Shown here piece after piece: positions 7,820 through 17,929 of a stretch of 43,277 nucleotides of DNA (position 1 is its first letter; every line of letters starts with the position of its first letter). Source of the stretch: a virus (Duplodnaviria > Caudoviricetes); the IMG/VR virus record IMGVR_UViG_3300047561_000165, positions 1 through 43,277 of that record; one strand, 5' to 3'. The notes under the pieces were generated by a model. It did not search any database. It was given only the letters and a program-made list of their open reading frames with translations, and was not told the DNA's origin. A program made the translations under genes and the position numbers.

Positions 7820-8722
7820 ATGGCTGAATTTGACAAAGAAGAGTTTAAATTCCCCGATGAAATCGAATCTGAAGCCAAAAACGAGGTTGAAGACGATGAT
7901 TTTGAAGTAGATATTGAAGATGACACCCCGGAAAAGGACAAAAACCGGGAACCTTTGCCTAAAAAAGTGGCAGAAGAACTCTATAACGATGAGTTAGAGG
8001 ACTATTCAGCCAAGGTAAAGGGCAAACTTGTAGCTTTAAAACGACTTGCACACGACGAAAGACGCGAAAAAGAGCGTGTTTTGCGTGAAAACCAAGAGGC
8101 TACAGCTCTTGCAAAACGTCTATTTGAAGAGAATAAACGCCTAAAAACGTCCCTAAATGACACTGAAAAGGTCACTCATTCCACTGTTTCAAGGGCAATT
8201 GAACTTGAATTAGATGGCGCAAAGCGGGCTTATAAAGAGGCATATGAGTCTGGCGATACAGACAAAATCCTTGATGCTCAATTGGAATTAAATAGGCTTT
8301 CCAATGATAATGAGCGTGTTAAAAACTATAGGCCAACCCCTTTACAAGAAGAAGAGTTTCATGTTCCAATAGAAGAACAGAGGCCAAAGGTTGACCCAAC
8401 CGCAGTTCGCTGGCAAAAGCAAAATGCATGGTTTGGTCAAGATAAGGTGATGACGGGCATGGCGCTAGCCTTGCACGAAGCACTGAAAGACGAAGGTATC
8501 GTTGTGGCATCTGACGAATACTACAAACGCATTGACCAAACAATGCGACAGAGGTTCCCTGAGAAATTCTCTAAGGCACCAAAAAGCTCGATTGTTGCAC
8601 CTGCAACTCGCAGCACATCCTCTAAGCGTATTGCTTTGAAGACCTCACAGGTCAACATTGCCAAAAAGCTTGGAATCACTCCTGAGCAATACGCTCGGGA
8701 AGTCTTAAAACTGGAGTCATAA
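7820..8722 (+). CDS. putative capsid scaffolding protein
   Basis: Acidic N-terminus, long coiled coil, C-terminal IAKKLGITPEQYA; lies between portal and capsid genes. Confidence 0.7.
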   Translation: MAEFDKEEFKFPDEIESEAKNEVEDDDFEVDIEDDTPEKDKNREPLPKKVAEELYNDELEDYSAKVKGKLVALKRLAHDERREKERVLRENQEATALAKRLFEENKRLKTSLNDTEKVTHSTVSRAIELELDGAKRAYKEAYESGDTDKILDAQLELNRLSNDNERVKNYRPTPLQEEEFHVPIEEQRPKVDPTAVRWQKQNAWFGQDKVMTGMALALHEALKDEGIVVASDEYYKRIDQTMRQRFPEKFSKAPKSSIVAPATRSTSSKRIALKTSQVNIAKKLGITPEQYAREVLKLES

Positions 8723-8723
8723 A

Positions 8724-9170
8724 ATGGCTGACCGTACACCTCGCAATCTTGAAACCCGTTCTGTTGAAGCCCGCCCTGAGTTTTGGCGTCCGCCAGAGCT
8801 TCTACCGGAGCCTGACAAACAAGCTGGGTACACCTATCGTTGGGTTAGGGTTTCTCTGAATGGCAATGCTGACCCCCGCAACATTTCCTCAAAACTGAGG
8901 GAAGGCTGGGAACCAGTAAAGCTAGAAGAGCAGCCACAGTTTCAAATGCTCGTTGACCCCAATAGTCGCTTTAAAGACAACATTGAGGTTGGTGGGCTGT
9001 TGCTCTGCAAGATTCCCGAAGAGTTTATGAAACAACGTGCGGCATACTTTGACGACATGTCTCGTAAACAGACGGAATCAGTAGACAACAATCTTATGCG
9101 TCAAAGCGACCCAAGGATGCCAATCTTCAATGAACGGCGCTCCACGGTTAGTTTTGGCAAAGGCAGTTAA
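8724..9170 (+). CDS. hypothetical head-module protein
   Basis: 148 aa; YRWVR...LREGWEPV...GGLLLCKIP; located between scaffold and capsid genes. Confidence 0.7.
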   Translation: MADRTPRNLETRSVEARPEFWRPPELLPEPDKQAGYTYRWVRVSLNGNADPRNISSKLREGWEPVKLEEQPQFQMLVDPNSRFKDNIEVGGLLLCKIPEEFMKQRAAYFDDMSRKQTESVDNNLMRQSDPRMPIFNERRSTVSFGKGS

Positions 9171-9187
9171 ACTTTTTGGAGCTTTAA

Positions 9188-10099
9188 ATGGCTTATCCTG
9201 TTGTTACGGCCCCATACGGGCTAAAACCAGTCAATTTGATTGGTGGGCAGGTATTTGCGGGGTCTACTCGCATGTACCCGATTGTTCAAGCGTACGGCAC
9301 CAGCCTTTTTAATGGCGATGTTGTACAAATGACCACTACCGGCACGGTAGCAATCACAACTCTGGCAATTGGCACAACTTCACAAGCCGCACAAACTGCT
9401 GTTCCTGCAACGGTTGGTGTGTTTGTTGGTTGTGAGTATTCGCCTCCTGCTGGTCCACTGTTTGGCAAACAACGCGCTCAGTACTGGCCCGCCAGCACAA
9501 ACGCTGTTGACGCTGTTGCTTACGTTGTTGATGACCCTGACACTGTGTTCCAGTCGGCTGTGCTATCCATGCCAGCGGCTACGACTAACACGGCAACGGC
9601 TCTTAGCACGATTGGCTACATGTCTCCCATTTTTGTGGGAACTAACGTGTACTACGTTGGCGCTAACGTTGGCAGCACCTCGACGGGTAACTCCACTGGT
9701 GGTGTAGTTGGTAACACTGCGGGCGCAAGCAATGGTGCCGGTAACGTGGTTAAAACCAACAGCAACACAACGGCTTTCCGTGTAGTTGGTCTGGTTGAAG
9801 AGTCGGCGGTTACGGTTGCTACTTCGTTGACTGCGGCGGCTTCGTCTACGTCATTGACTGTTGCTTCAACTGCTGGTGTTTTCCCCGGTATGCAAGTCAT
9901 TGTTCCTGCCTTTACGGCTGGAGCAGGCGGTGCTGGATACAACACCTACGTCACGGCTGTGACAAGTTCAACGGCTGTTACCGTTTCGGCCAGCATCACT
10001 GCTGCAAGCGGTTCTGCTGTGGCATTTGTCGGATATCCTGAAGTTCTGGTTAAGTGGAACTTTGGCTATCACGGCTACTACAACGCTACCAGCGTTTAA
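9188..10099 (+). CDS. putative capsid decoration/cement protein
   Basis: APYGLKPV, FNGDVV, GVFVGCEY, AYVVDDPD; Thr/Ala-rich inserted domain; immediately upstream of the MCP. Confidence 0.6.
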   Translation: MAYPVVTAPYGLKPVNLIGGQVFAGSTRMYPIVQAYGTSLFNGDVVQMTTTGTVAITTLAIGTTSQAAQTAVPATVGVFVGCEYSPPAGPLFGKQRAQYWPASTNAVDAVAYVVDDPDTVFQSAVLSMPAATTNTATALSTIGYMSPIFVGTNVYYVGANVGSTSTGNSTGGVVGNTAGASNGAGNVVKTNSNTTAFRVVGLVEESAVTVATSLTAAASSTSLTVASTAGVFPGMQVIVPAFTAGAGGAGYNTYVTAVTSSTAVTVSASITAASGSAVAFVGYPEVLVKWNFGYHGYYNATSV

Positions 10100-10109
10100 G
10101 GAGTAACTC

Positions 10110-11021
10110 ATGGCTATCTCACGCGCACAGCTACTTAAAGAGCTGCTCCCCGGTCTGAACGCTCTGTTTGGTCTTGAGTATTCTCGCTATGGCGAAGAGC
10201 ACAAAGAGATTTACGAAACGGAAACCTCTGAGCGTTCGTTTGAAGAAGAAACCAAGCTGTCTGGTTTCTCTGCTGCACCAGTCAAAAACGAAGGCCAAGC
10301 CATCGCTTATGACAATGCACAGGAAGCATGGACTGCGCGGTACAACCACGAAACCATCGCTCTTGGCTTTAGCCTGACCGAAGAAGCAATCGAAGATAAC
10401 CTCTACGATTCGCTTTCGGCTCGCTATACCAAAGGTTTGGCTCGGGCAATGGCTTACACCAAACAGGTGAAAGCTGCTGCTGTTCTGAACAACGGCTTTA
10501 ACGCTGCCTACACGGGCGGTGACGGAGTTTCGTTGTTTAGTGCCGCGCATCCGTTGGTTTCTGGTGGCACCAATAGCAACACGCCCGCAACTCAAGTTGA
10601 CTTGAATGAAACTTCGTTGGAAAACGCAGTTATTCAAATCGCTGGGTGGACGGATGAGCGTGGTCTGCTGATTGCAGCCAAGCCCCGTAAGTTGATTGTT
10701 CCTCCGTCGCTCCAGTTCGTTGCAACTCGTTTGCTCGAAACGGAACTGCGCGTTGGTACAACCGACAACGATGTGAACGCTCTGAAGAACAATGGTTCTA
10801 TCCCAGAAGGGTATACCATTAACCACTTCCTGACGGACACAAACGCTTGGTTCCTTACCACGGATGTGCCTAACGGCATGAAGCACTTTGTCCGTACCCC
10901 GCTGCAAAACTCCATGGATGGAGACTTCGACACGGGGAACGTCCGTTACAAGTCCCGTGAGCGTTACAGCTTCGGCTGGTCTGACCCGCTCGGTATGTAC
11001 GGCTCGTCAGGTTCAAGCTGA
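10110..11021 (+). CDS. major capsid protein
   Basis: MAISRAQLLKELLPGLNALFG...GDGVSLFSAAHP...KLIVPPSL...KSRERYSFGWSDP; strong AAGGAG RBS, triple stop TGA TAG TAA and terminator. Confidence 0.9.
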   Translation: MAISRAQLLKELLPGLNALFGLEYSRYGEEHKEIYETETSERSFEEETKLSGFSAAPVKNEGQAIAYDNAQEAWTARYNHETIALGFSLTEEAIEDNLYDSLSARYTKGLARAMAYTKQVKAAAVLNNGFNAAYTGGDGVSLFSAAHPLVSGGTNSNTPATQVDLNETSLENAVIQIAGWTDERGLLIAAKPRKLIVPPSLQFVATRLLETELRVGTTDNDVNALKNNGSIPEGYTINHFLTDTNAWFLTTDVPNGMKHFVRTPLQNSMDGDFDTGNVRYKSRERYSFGWSDPLGMYGSSGSS

Positions 11022-11025
11022 TAGT

Positions 11026-11058
11026 AAGAAAGGGGGGCCAAAAGCCCCCTTTTCTTTT
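11026..11058 (+). terminator. intrinsic terminator after the MCP gene
   Basis: AAAGGGGG / CCCCCTTT stem followed by a T-rich tract. Confidence 0.75.
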
Positions 11059-11085
11059 ATATGTAGCTATGGTATAAAGTTTAAA

Positions 11086-11155
11086 CCTAGATACCCGACT
11101 TGCTGACTGACTAGGCAGACTTCCCTCAAGAGACAGCAAGTTTAGATTTGAGGAT
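11086..11155 (+). ncRNA. candidate cis-regulatory leader RNA
   Basis: GACTTGCTG/CAGCAAGTT stem plus CCTAG/CTAGG and CCTCAA/TTGAGG pairings; preceded by an extended -10 TGGTATAAA. Confidence 0.45.
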
Positions 11156-11160
11156 TTATT

Positions 11161-11712
11161 ATGGGTTTCGCTTCCCACCTTGGCCCTTGGCTACTTGGCA
11201 CTAACAAGTACACAACGGGCACGACCGCTGGCACCATTCAAAACATGGGCGCAACGATTGTGCTCCAAGACGCTGACTACACCACTCCTTCTGGTGTTTC
11301 TACTTCCGCTGCTTATACTGGCGCTACTACGCTCATGGCAGTCCTGCCAGCAGGGTCAATCATCCATGCAATTATTGCGGATGTGACGACCGCGTTTGTC
11401 GGTGCTTCGGGTGCAACCACTTTGACGTTCTCGACGGGTAACGCCACCACTGGTTTGACTAGCAACTTTGCATCAGGAAGCACGTTAGGGACACTTAGTG
11501 GCACTAGCACACTCTCCGCTGGACGCTCGACTATTACGCCAAATACGACCAATATTGCGTTGTTTAACAACGTCGGCACCACAGACCTCATTATTAATAT
11601 GGTGTTTGCCACCGCTGGTAACTATACGTCTGGCGGTTCGGTAAATGTACAGATTGTTTACGCTGTACGTGGCTCTGATGGCGTAATGTATCCGACTGGT
11701 TTCCAGAACTAA
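11161..11712 (+). CDS. putative virion structural protein
   Basis: 183 aa, Thr/Gly-rich beta-type composition, GAGGA RBS. Confidence 0.6.
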   Translation: MGFASHLGPWLLGTNKYTTGTTAGTIQNMGATIVLQDADYTTPSGVSTSAAYTGATTLMAVLPAGSIIHAIIADVTTAFVGASGATTLTFSTGNATTGLTSNFASGSTLGTLSGTSTLSAGRSTITPNTTNIALFNNVGTTDLIINMVFATAGNYTSGGSVNVQIVYAVRGSDGVMYPTGFQN

Positions 11713-11721
11713 GGGGCTAAC

Positions 11722-12078
11722 ATGCGCCCAATCGTTTACACGATTACTGGTGGGAATGGTACGCAGACCGCTTCTCAGGTATGTGCAATAGACTATTACA
11801 TTTCTCCGGCAAATATTGCTTTGAACGTAGTGGTCACGGGGACAATTACCTATACGGTGCAGTACACGTTTGATGATGTGTTTGCTGCCGGGTATAACCC
11901 GAATGCTGGTAGTGCGAACTGGACTAATCATCCTACATTGGTCACGCAGACTATTACGAAAGATTCAAACATTTCGTATCCTGTGCGGGGCATTCGGCTT
12001 ATCTCCCCGGCATCCCCTGCATCTACCGGCACTGCTACTTTGACCATCATCCAAGGTGGTGGAGGCGGATTAGCATGA
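11722..12078 (+). CDS. putative virion structural protein
   Basis: 118 aa; YTVQYTFDD...W..HP...YPVRGIRL; RBS AAGGGG. Confidence 0.6.
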   Translation: MRPIVYTITGGNGTQTASQVCAIDYYISPANIALNVVVTGTITYTVQYTFDDVFAAGYNPNAGSANWTNHPTLVTQTITKDSNISYPVRGIRLISPASPASTGTATLTIIQGGGGGLA

Positions 12079-12620
12079 TTGCAACAAGCATTGACGGTTC
12101 TAACTCGACGCTTGACCTGCTATCGACGCTGCTTGCTGACCCGACTGTTTATGCTGACAAACTCAAGGCGCTGACCGAAGCCACTGCTGAAAACAAAAAG
12201 TATGTGGAGTTGGTCGGTCCTGTCTCTGAGATTGTTGCTATTCGGGCGCAAGTTGATGCAGACCGCGTAGCAGCAGCGCAAGCTCTATCAGATGCAAAAG
12301 CTCAAGCTATCAACATTGTTGGTGATGCTCACGCAGACGCTTCGGGTATTCTTGCAGATGCCCAAGGTCAAGCTGACACTTTGATTGCACAAGCTAAAGC
12401 TCAGAAAGACCAGTCTGATGCGGTGTTATCTCAGGCTGAGATTTCATTGGCTGATGTTAAACGGGCAGAAGCGGAAGCCAAAGCAGCAACGGCTGCGGCT
12501 AATGCACAAGCTCAAAGTTTGGCAATTGCACAAGCAGCAACTGAAGCCCTGCAAGCAGAAGTGGCAGACATCAAAGCAGCATTACTAGTAAAGACCCAAG
12601 CCTTCATTGAAGGGTTGTAA
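12075..12620 (+). CDS. Ala/Gln-rich coiled-coil protein
   Basis: 181 aa heptad-like; overlaps both neighbours. Confidence 0.65.
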   Translation: MIATSIDGSNSTLDLLSTLLADPTVYADKLKALTEATAENKKYVELVGPVSEIVAIRAQVDADRVAAAQALSDAKAQAINIVGDAHADASGILADAQGQADTLIAQAKAQKDQSDAVLSQAEISLADVKRAEAEAKAATAAANAQAQSLAIAQAATEALQAEVADIKAALLVKTQAFIEGL

Positions 12621-14275
12621 TGTCAGTTGTCCTACTCACGGAGCCTTTCTCTGGTGGGGGTAGCGGTTCCGGTACTGTAACCTCAGTCGATGTTTCTGGG
12701 GGCACTACCGGACTAACTACATCTGGCGGTCCAGTTACGACCGCTGGAGTTATTACGCTTGCTGGCGTACTCAATGTTGCCAACGGTGGTACTGGAACGG
12801 CAACACCGGGATTAGTAGCCGGGACAAATGTCACGATTACCGGGACGTGGCCTAATCAAACCATAAATTCTTCTGGCGGGGGTGGTGGCGGCGGAACGGT
12901 TACTAGTGTAAACCTGTCTGCGCCAGCAATATTTACTGTTACCGGGTCGCCAGTAACAACATCTGGGACGTTAACGCTTTCGTATTCTGGCACTGCGTTG
13001 CCGGTTGCTAATGGTGGCACAGGTGCTACCACGTTGACTGGCTATGTGTACGGCAACGGCACCAGTGCAATGACGGCAAGCACGTCTATACCGACTGCCG
13101 CGTTAAGTGGTACGGTAACTAATGCCCAACTTGCAAATAATTCAATTACGCTTGGGTCTACTGCCATTTCATTGGGTGCAACCGCATCTACTTTGGATGG
13201 TTTGGCTTCTGTTGCTGTAACAGCCGACCCAACAACTGCATTTCAATTAGCCACCAAACAATACGTTGACGGTCTTGTATCGTCTGGTCTGGTGTATCAC
13301 CAGCCAGTTCAGGTGGCAACCACGGCAAGTCTTGCATCAATTACAGGCGGGGCGGTAACGTACAACCAACCCGGCGGCGCAGGTGTTGGGGTTGGGGCAA
13401 CACTTACGTTATCTGTTGCGTTAACGGTTTTGGATGGGTACACACTACTCAACACCAACCGAATTCTAGTCAAAGATGAAGTTAACCAAGCGTACAACGG
13501 TGTCTATACATGGGCAACTGGGGGTACGGTACTAACTCGGTCAACCGATACTGATACTTATGGTTCTGGCACAAGCCAACTTAGCCAAAACGATTATTTT
13601 TTTACACAAAACGGAACAATTAACAAAGGTACGTCTTACGTTGTAACTACAACTGGGACCATTACGTTTGGCTCAACAAACATTGTATTTGCGGAATTTA
13701 GTAACTCGCAGGTATACACGGGCACAGCGCCAGTCAATGTATCTGGCACGGTTATTTCTCTCAACACTGCATACGGAGATACTCAAAATCCGTATGCTAG
13801 CAAAACAGCCAATTATGTGCTGGCTTCTCCAGACGGGATTTCTGGAGTTCCAACGTTTAGAGCAATTGTTGCTGCCGACATACCAACGCTCAACCAGAAT
13901 ACAACTGGCACTGCGGCTAACGTCACTGGGACAGTAGCGGTTGCAAATGGCGGAACGGGAGCAACGGCGTTAACTGGGGTTTTGAAAGGCAACGGCACTA
14001 GTGCGTTTACTGCCGCAACTGCTGGAACGGATTACCAAGCACCTATTGCATTAACAACGACTGGTTCTTCTGGTGCAGCCACGTTTGTTGGGAACACACT
14101 CAATATCCCCATATATACTGGCGGAGGAAGCAGTGGGCCAATTCTTGAGTCTTACAGAACAATCAGTCAAAACTACACAATTACAACCGGTTCTAACGGG
14201 TTTAGCGTAGGCCCTGTCGTGATTGCTGCGGGGTTTGCGGTTACTGTTCCAACGGTTTGGCGTATTGATGGATAA
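12620..14275 (+). CDS. fibre-like virion protein
   Basis: Repeated GTVTSV and VANGGTG motifs, ATKQYVD, RILVKDE...NGVY, all typical of phage fibres. Confidence 0.75.
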   Translation: MSVVLLTEPFSGGGSGSGTVTSVDVSGGTTGLTTSGGPVTTAGVITLAGVLNVANGGTGTATPGLVAGTNVTITGTWPNQTINSSGGGGGGGTVTSVNLSAPAIFTVTGSPVTTSGTLTLSYSGTALPVANGGTGATTLTGYVYGNGTSAMTASTSIPTAALSGTVTNAQLANNSITLGSTAISLGATASTLDGLASVAVTADPTTAFQLATKQYVDGLVSSGLVYHQPVQVATTASLASITGGAVTYNQPGGAGVGVGATLTLSVALTVLDGYTLLNTNRILVKDEVNQAYNGVYTWATGGTVLTRSTDTDTYGSGTSQLSQNDYFFTQNGTINKGTSYVVTTTGTITFGSTNIVFAEFSNSQVYTGTAPVNVSGTVISLNTAYGDTQNPYASKTANYVLASPDGISGVPTFRAIVAADIPTLNQNTTGTAANVTGTVAVANGGTGATALTGVLKGNGTSAFTAATAGTDYQAPIALTTTGSSGAATFVGNTLNIPIYTGGGSSGPILESYRTISQNYTITTGSNGFSVGPVVIAAGFAVTVPTVWRIDG

Positions 14276-14278
14276 AAC

Positions 14279-14989
14279 ATGAGTTCAATTAAACTTCAAG
14301 GCAATGCAAGTGGCGCTGGCACGCAGACGTTACAAGCGTCTGCAACTGCGGGCACACCAATCATTACATTACCGGACGCAACTGGGACTCTACTTGTCAG
14401 TGGCGGGGATTTAGGAACGCCCTCAGCGATTGTTCTGACAAACGGAACAGGGCTTCCGCTCACAACAGGTGTTACAGGCATTCTTCCTGCGGCTAACGGC
14501 GGTACGGGTGTAGCCAACAACGCATCTAGTACGATTACAATATCTGGCGCTTTCGGCACAACGATTACTGTTTCCGGCACAACTACTGTTACGTTACCGA
14601 CGACGGGGACACTTGCGACTTTAGCCGGAACCGAAACTTTTACTAATAAGACGCTGACCAACCCAACGGTTACGAACTATGTTGAGACGCTGTATACGGC
14701 TAATACCAGTACGGCAATCACGGTGGACTTGACAAACGGTACGGTTCAGAACTTGACGCTGACGGGCAATGCGACGATTACGATGCCCACGGCTGTAGCG
14801 GGTAAGTCATTCATTATTATCTTGTCTCAAGACGCTACTGGAAGCCGGACGGTCACTTGGTCAACGGTATCATGGCCTTCAGCAACCGCGCCAACAGTCA
14901 CCAGCACCGCGAGTAAAAAGGACATTTATTCGTTTTTCTCCAACGGCACTAGCTGGTTCGGTACCACTATCGGACAAAACTACACATAA
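14279..14989 (+). CDS. fibre-associated virion protein
   Basis: ITLPDATGTL, LPAANGGTG, ETFTNKTLT and QDATGSRTVTW motifs. Confidence 0.7.
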   Translation: MSSIKLQGNASGAGTQTLQASATAGTPIITLPDATGTLLVSGGDLGTPSAIVLTNGTGLPLTTGVTGILPAANGGTGVANNASSTITISGAFGTTITVSGTTTVTLPTTGTLATLAGTETFTNKTLTNPTVTNYVETLYTANTSTAITVDLTNGTVQNLTLTGNATITMPTAVAGKSFIIILSQDATGSRTVTWSTVSWPSATAPTVTSTASKKDIYSFFSNGTSWFGTTIGQNYT

Positions 14990-17001
14990 TGTTTGCTGCA
15001 TCTAAATCAGGTAGAAGGGCTGTTGCTGCGACGGACCCGTTTTTTCGGTATGTTCCGTTGCTGTTGGAAACAACCAGCACTAACGGGCAGCAGAACAACA
15101 CGTTCTTAGATTCCAGCACCAACAACTTCACTATCACCCGCAACGGAACCCCCACACAGGGTTCTGTGACTCCGTACTGGCCTGACGGGTATTGGAGTAC
15201 TTATGTTACCAGCAGTACGGATTATGTAAACGTAGCGTCAAGCGCGGGTTTTGCATTTCCGGGTGCCTTTACAGTAGAAGGGTGGTTTTTTTGGACAAGT
15301 ACCCCCCCTACTGGTTTGATGAATGGCGGGAATGGAAATAACTCTTTTGGTATGTACACTAACGGCGCGTACATTGGATTGAATATTTTTGGCGCTGGCA
15401 ATATAGTAACAACATCCTCATTCCCCTCCTTAAATACATGGCATCACATTGCAATGACAAGGGACGGCTCAAATAATTGCATTATTTGGGTTGATGGGGT
15501 TAATTCTGCTAGCGCAGTATCGGCTCACAGTTTTTTGCAAAACGCTTGGCTTATATACAATAGCAGTGGTGTTGGTGGAAATTCGTACATTAGCAATTAC
15601 AGAATAGTAAAAGGAGTTGCGGTTTATACTGGAGCATTTACTCCACCAACGTTACCACTTCAAAAAACACAAAGTGCTGGAACCAATATTTCGGCCATTA
15701 CAGGAACGGCAACGTCGCTTCTTACACTTCAATCCAATAGATTGATAGACAACAGCACTAGTGCTCTTGCGGTCACTGCAACCGGAAGTCCAAGAACCCA
15801 AGCATTCCAACCATTCCCTCCCTTGGCATCCTATACCACTGCGGCGTATGGGGGGGGTGGGTATTTTAATGGCAGTACGGATGGATTAACTGCACCTTCT
15901 ACCACTGCGTTTGCTTTTGGTTCTGGAGTAGATTTCACGGTTGAATGTTGGGTGTATCTTACTGCTTATAGTTCAGGAGGCGTCCTAGGAGGAGGATTAT
16001 TTGGAACTAACAATGGTGCTGTCGCTGGATGGATGATTAATTCTGGACAAGACATAAACACCTTTCGTATTATTAGTAACGCTAGTGGCACTTGGGCAGA
16101 CAACATAACTGTTTCTGCTGGAAATGGGCTACCGCTTAATCAATGGACACATGTTGCATTTGTGCGTAGCGGCGCAGTATTAACCCTTTACAAAAACGGA
16201 ACTTCAGTTGGTAGTTTGTCAGGCGCATCTGCTTATAATTTTACATCTCCCAATAATATAGGATATATAGGTTATTGTCTCGAGGGACCTCGTTATGTTC
16301 CCGGATATATTAGTAATTTACGGGTGGTAAAGGGGACGGCAGTTTATACGGCCAATTTTACGCCACCGACTGCACCCGTAACAGCAATAACTAACACCAG
16401 TCTGCTTACCAACTTCACAAACGCAGGAATATACGACGCTGCGGTGCAAAACAATCAATTAACGGCGGGAAGTGCACAGGCCAGCACTACTGTATCCAAG
16501 TGGTCGCCGACGAGCATGAAGTTCAACGGGACTACGGATTATTTGACTGCGATTGACGGACCGCAACTTCAACTTGGCACTGGTGACTTTACGATTGATG
16601 GTTGGGTTTATGTCTCGGCAATTGGAGTTTTGTATGGAATTATCAGCAAAGGTACAGCAACAACTGGATGGTCTGTAAATATTACTACTCTTAATAAACT
16701 TCAATTTAGTTATACGGCATCTAACCTAACAGGTGCAACTTCATTGGCCGCATCTACTTGGTACTATTTTGCCGTTGTGCGGTCTGGAAGTGCAACTGGA
16801 AATTTAAAGGTTTACCTTAACGGAACGGCAGATGCCACAAGCGGCGGCGCTGTAACAGACGCATTTACTCAAACCAATACGTTGTATGTTGGCGCAGACC
16901 GTATAGGCACAAGCCTATTGAGTGGGTATTTGCAGGACGTTCGGATAACCAAATACGCTCGCACCATTACAACGCCAACAGCCGCGTTCCCAACGAGGTA
17001 A
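14989..17001 (+). CDS. concanavalin A-like (LamG) lectin repeat protein, probable receptor-binding protein
   Basis: Three LamG-like units (FTVEGW/FTVECW/FTIDGW...W.H[IV]A..R.G...YISN.R.VKG). Confidence 0.85.
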   Translation: MFAASKSGRRAVAATDPFFRYVPLLLETTSTNGQQNNTFLDSSTNNFTITRNGTPTQGSVTPYWPDGYWSTYVTSSTDYVNVASSAGFAFPGAFTVEGWFFWTSTPPTGLMNGGNGNNSFGMYTNGAYIGLNIFGAGNIVTTSSFPSLNTWHHIAMTRDGSNNCIIWVDGVNSASAVSAHSFLQNAWLIYNSSGVGGNSYISNYRIVKGVAVYTGAFTPPTLPLQKTQSAGTNISAITGTATSLLTLQSNRLIDNSTSALAVTATGSPRTQAFQPFPPLASYTTAAYGGGGYFNGSTDGLTAPSTTAFAFGSGVDFTVECWVYLTAYSSGGVLGGGLFGTNNGAVAGWMINSGQDINTFRIISNASGTWADNITVSAGNGLPLNQWTHVAFVRSGAVLTLYKNGTSVGSLSGASAYNFTSPNNIGYIGYCLEGPRYVPGYISNLRVVKGTAVYTANFTPPTAPVTAITNTSLLTNFTNAGIYDAAVQNNQLTAGSAQASTTVSKWSPTSMKFNGTTDYLTAIDGPQLQLGTGDFTIDGWVYVSAIGVLYGIISKGTATTGWSVNITTLNKLQFSYTASNLTGATSLAASTWYYFAVVRSGSATGNLKVYLNGTADATSGGAVTDAFTQTNTLYVGADRIGTSLLSGYLQDVRITKYARTITTPTAAFPTR

Positions 17002-17003
17002 TC

Positions 17004-17429
17004 ATGCAACTTGCTAATCAAGACCTCATCATTAAAGACCACACAGAGTGGTTTCCCAACACTTCGTTTGGTGACCGTGGGCCAACGCTGGATTGGATTG
17101 CTGAAGCCGGGTACTACGTCATCTCGGTATGGAAGGACCACGACTACAAGACTGAGAAACTTGTGTCGGCTGCCCCGCATCTGCATGACGGGATGTGTTG
17201 TCTTGTCAATGTAGAACCCCTGACCGATGAAGAACTTCAGGCAAGGGTTGATACCCAATGGAACGCAATCCGCAGTCAGCGCAATCAGATGCTCAAGGAT
17301 ACGGATTGGACGCAGGTTGCAGACGCGCCGGTTGACAAAGCAGCATGGGCAACGTATCGTCAGGCATTACGCGATATCACCGCTCAGCTAGACCCGTTTA
17401 ACATCACGTGGCCGAAACAAAATGGCTAA
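17004..17429 (+). CDS. phage tail-fibre assembly chaperone
   Basis: IRSQRNQMLKDTDWTQ...WATYRQALRDIT...WP signature. Confidence 0.85.
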   Translation: MQLANQDLIIKDHTEWFPNTSFGDRGPTLDWIAEAGYYVISVWKDHDYKTEKLVSAAPHLHDGMCCLVNVEPLTDEELQARVDTQWNAIRSQRNQMLKDTDWTQVADAPVDKAAWATYRQALRDITAQLDPFNITWPKQNG

Positions 17430-17682
17430 ATCTCCTGCATGGCAAAAGGCAGAAGGGAAGAACCCCAAGGGGGGTCTGAACGCAAAAGGGCGGGCATCAG
17501 CAAAGGCTCAGGGAATGAACCTAAAGCCACCCGCCCCGAATCCAAAAACGACCAAAGACGAAGGGAGAAAGAAGAGCTTTTGTGCCAGAATGAGCGGCAT
17601 GAAATCGAAACTTACTTCCTCCAAAACAGCCAACGACCCCGACTCCCGGATTAACAAAAGCCTTCGGGCGTGGAAGTGCTGA
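17422..17682 (+). CDS. small basic phage protein
   Basis: EGKNPKGGLNAKGRAS...RKKSFCARM...SRINKSLRAWKC; Lys/Arg-rich. Confidence 0.75.
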   Translation: MAKSPAWQKAEGKNPKGGLNAKGRASAKAQGMNLKPPAPNPKTTKDEGRKKSFCARMSGMKSKLTSSKTANDPDSRINKSLRAWKC

Positions 17683-17683
17683 A

Positions 17684-17929
17684 ATGGATACAACCATTTG
17701 GAATGCTATTCTTTCTGTTGGTGTAAGCGTAATTGGGTTTACTCTCAAAAGCGTATTTGATGAGTTAAAACGCCTTCAAGTGCTGATTAACAAAACACGC
17801 GAAGAAGTTGCCAAAGAGTATGTAACTAAACAAGAACTCCATGCCGACATGAATCGGGTAATGGATAGGTTAGACAGACTAGAATCCAAAATTGATAGGT
17901 TGGTAGCAAATCATGCCCAGCAGCAGTAA
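17684..17929 (+). CDS. membrane-anchored coiled-coil protein
   Basis: N-terminal hydrophobic helix, then EYVTK...RLDRLESKIDRL. Confidence 0.7.
   Translation: MDTTIWNAILSVGVSVIGFTLKSVFDELKRLQVLINKTREEVAKEYVTKQELHADMNRVMDRLDRLESKIDRLVANHAQQQ

Noticed and set aside
10131-10907. 258-aa antisense ORF over the capsid gene and similar shadow ORFs elsewhere
   Set aside because: They lie opposite well-supported genes, lack recognisable motifs, and are explained by codon bias.
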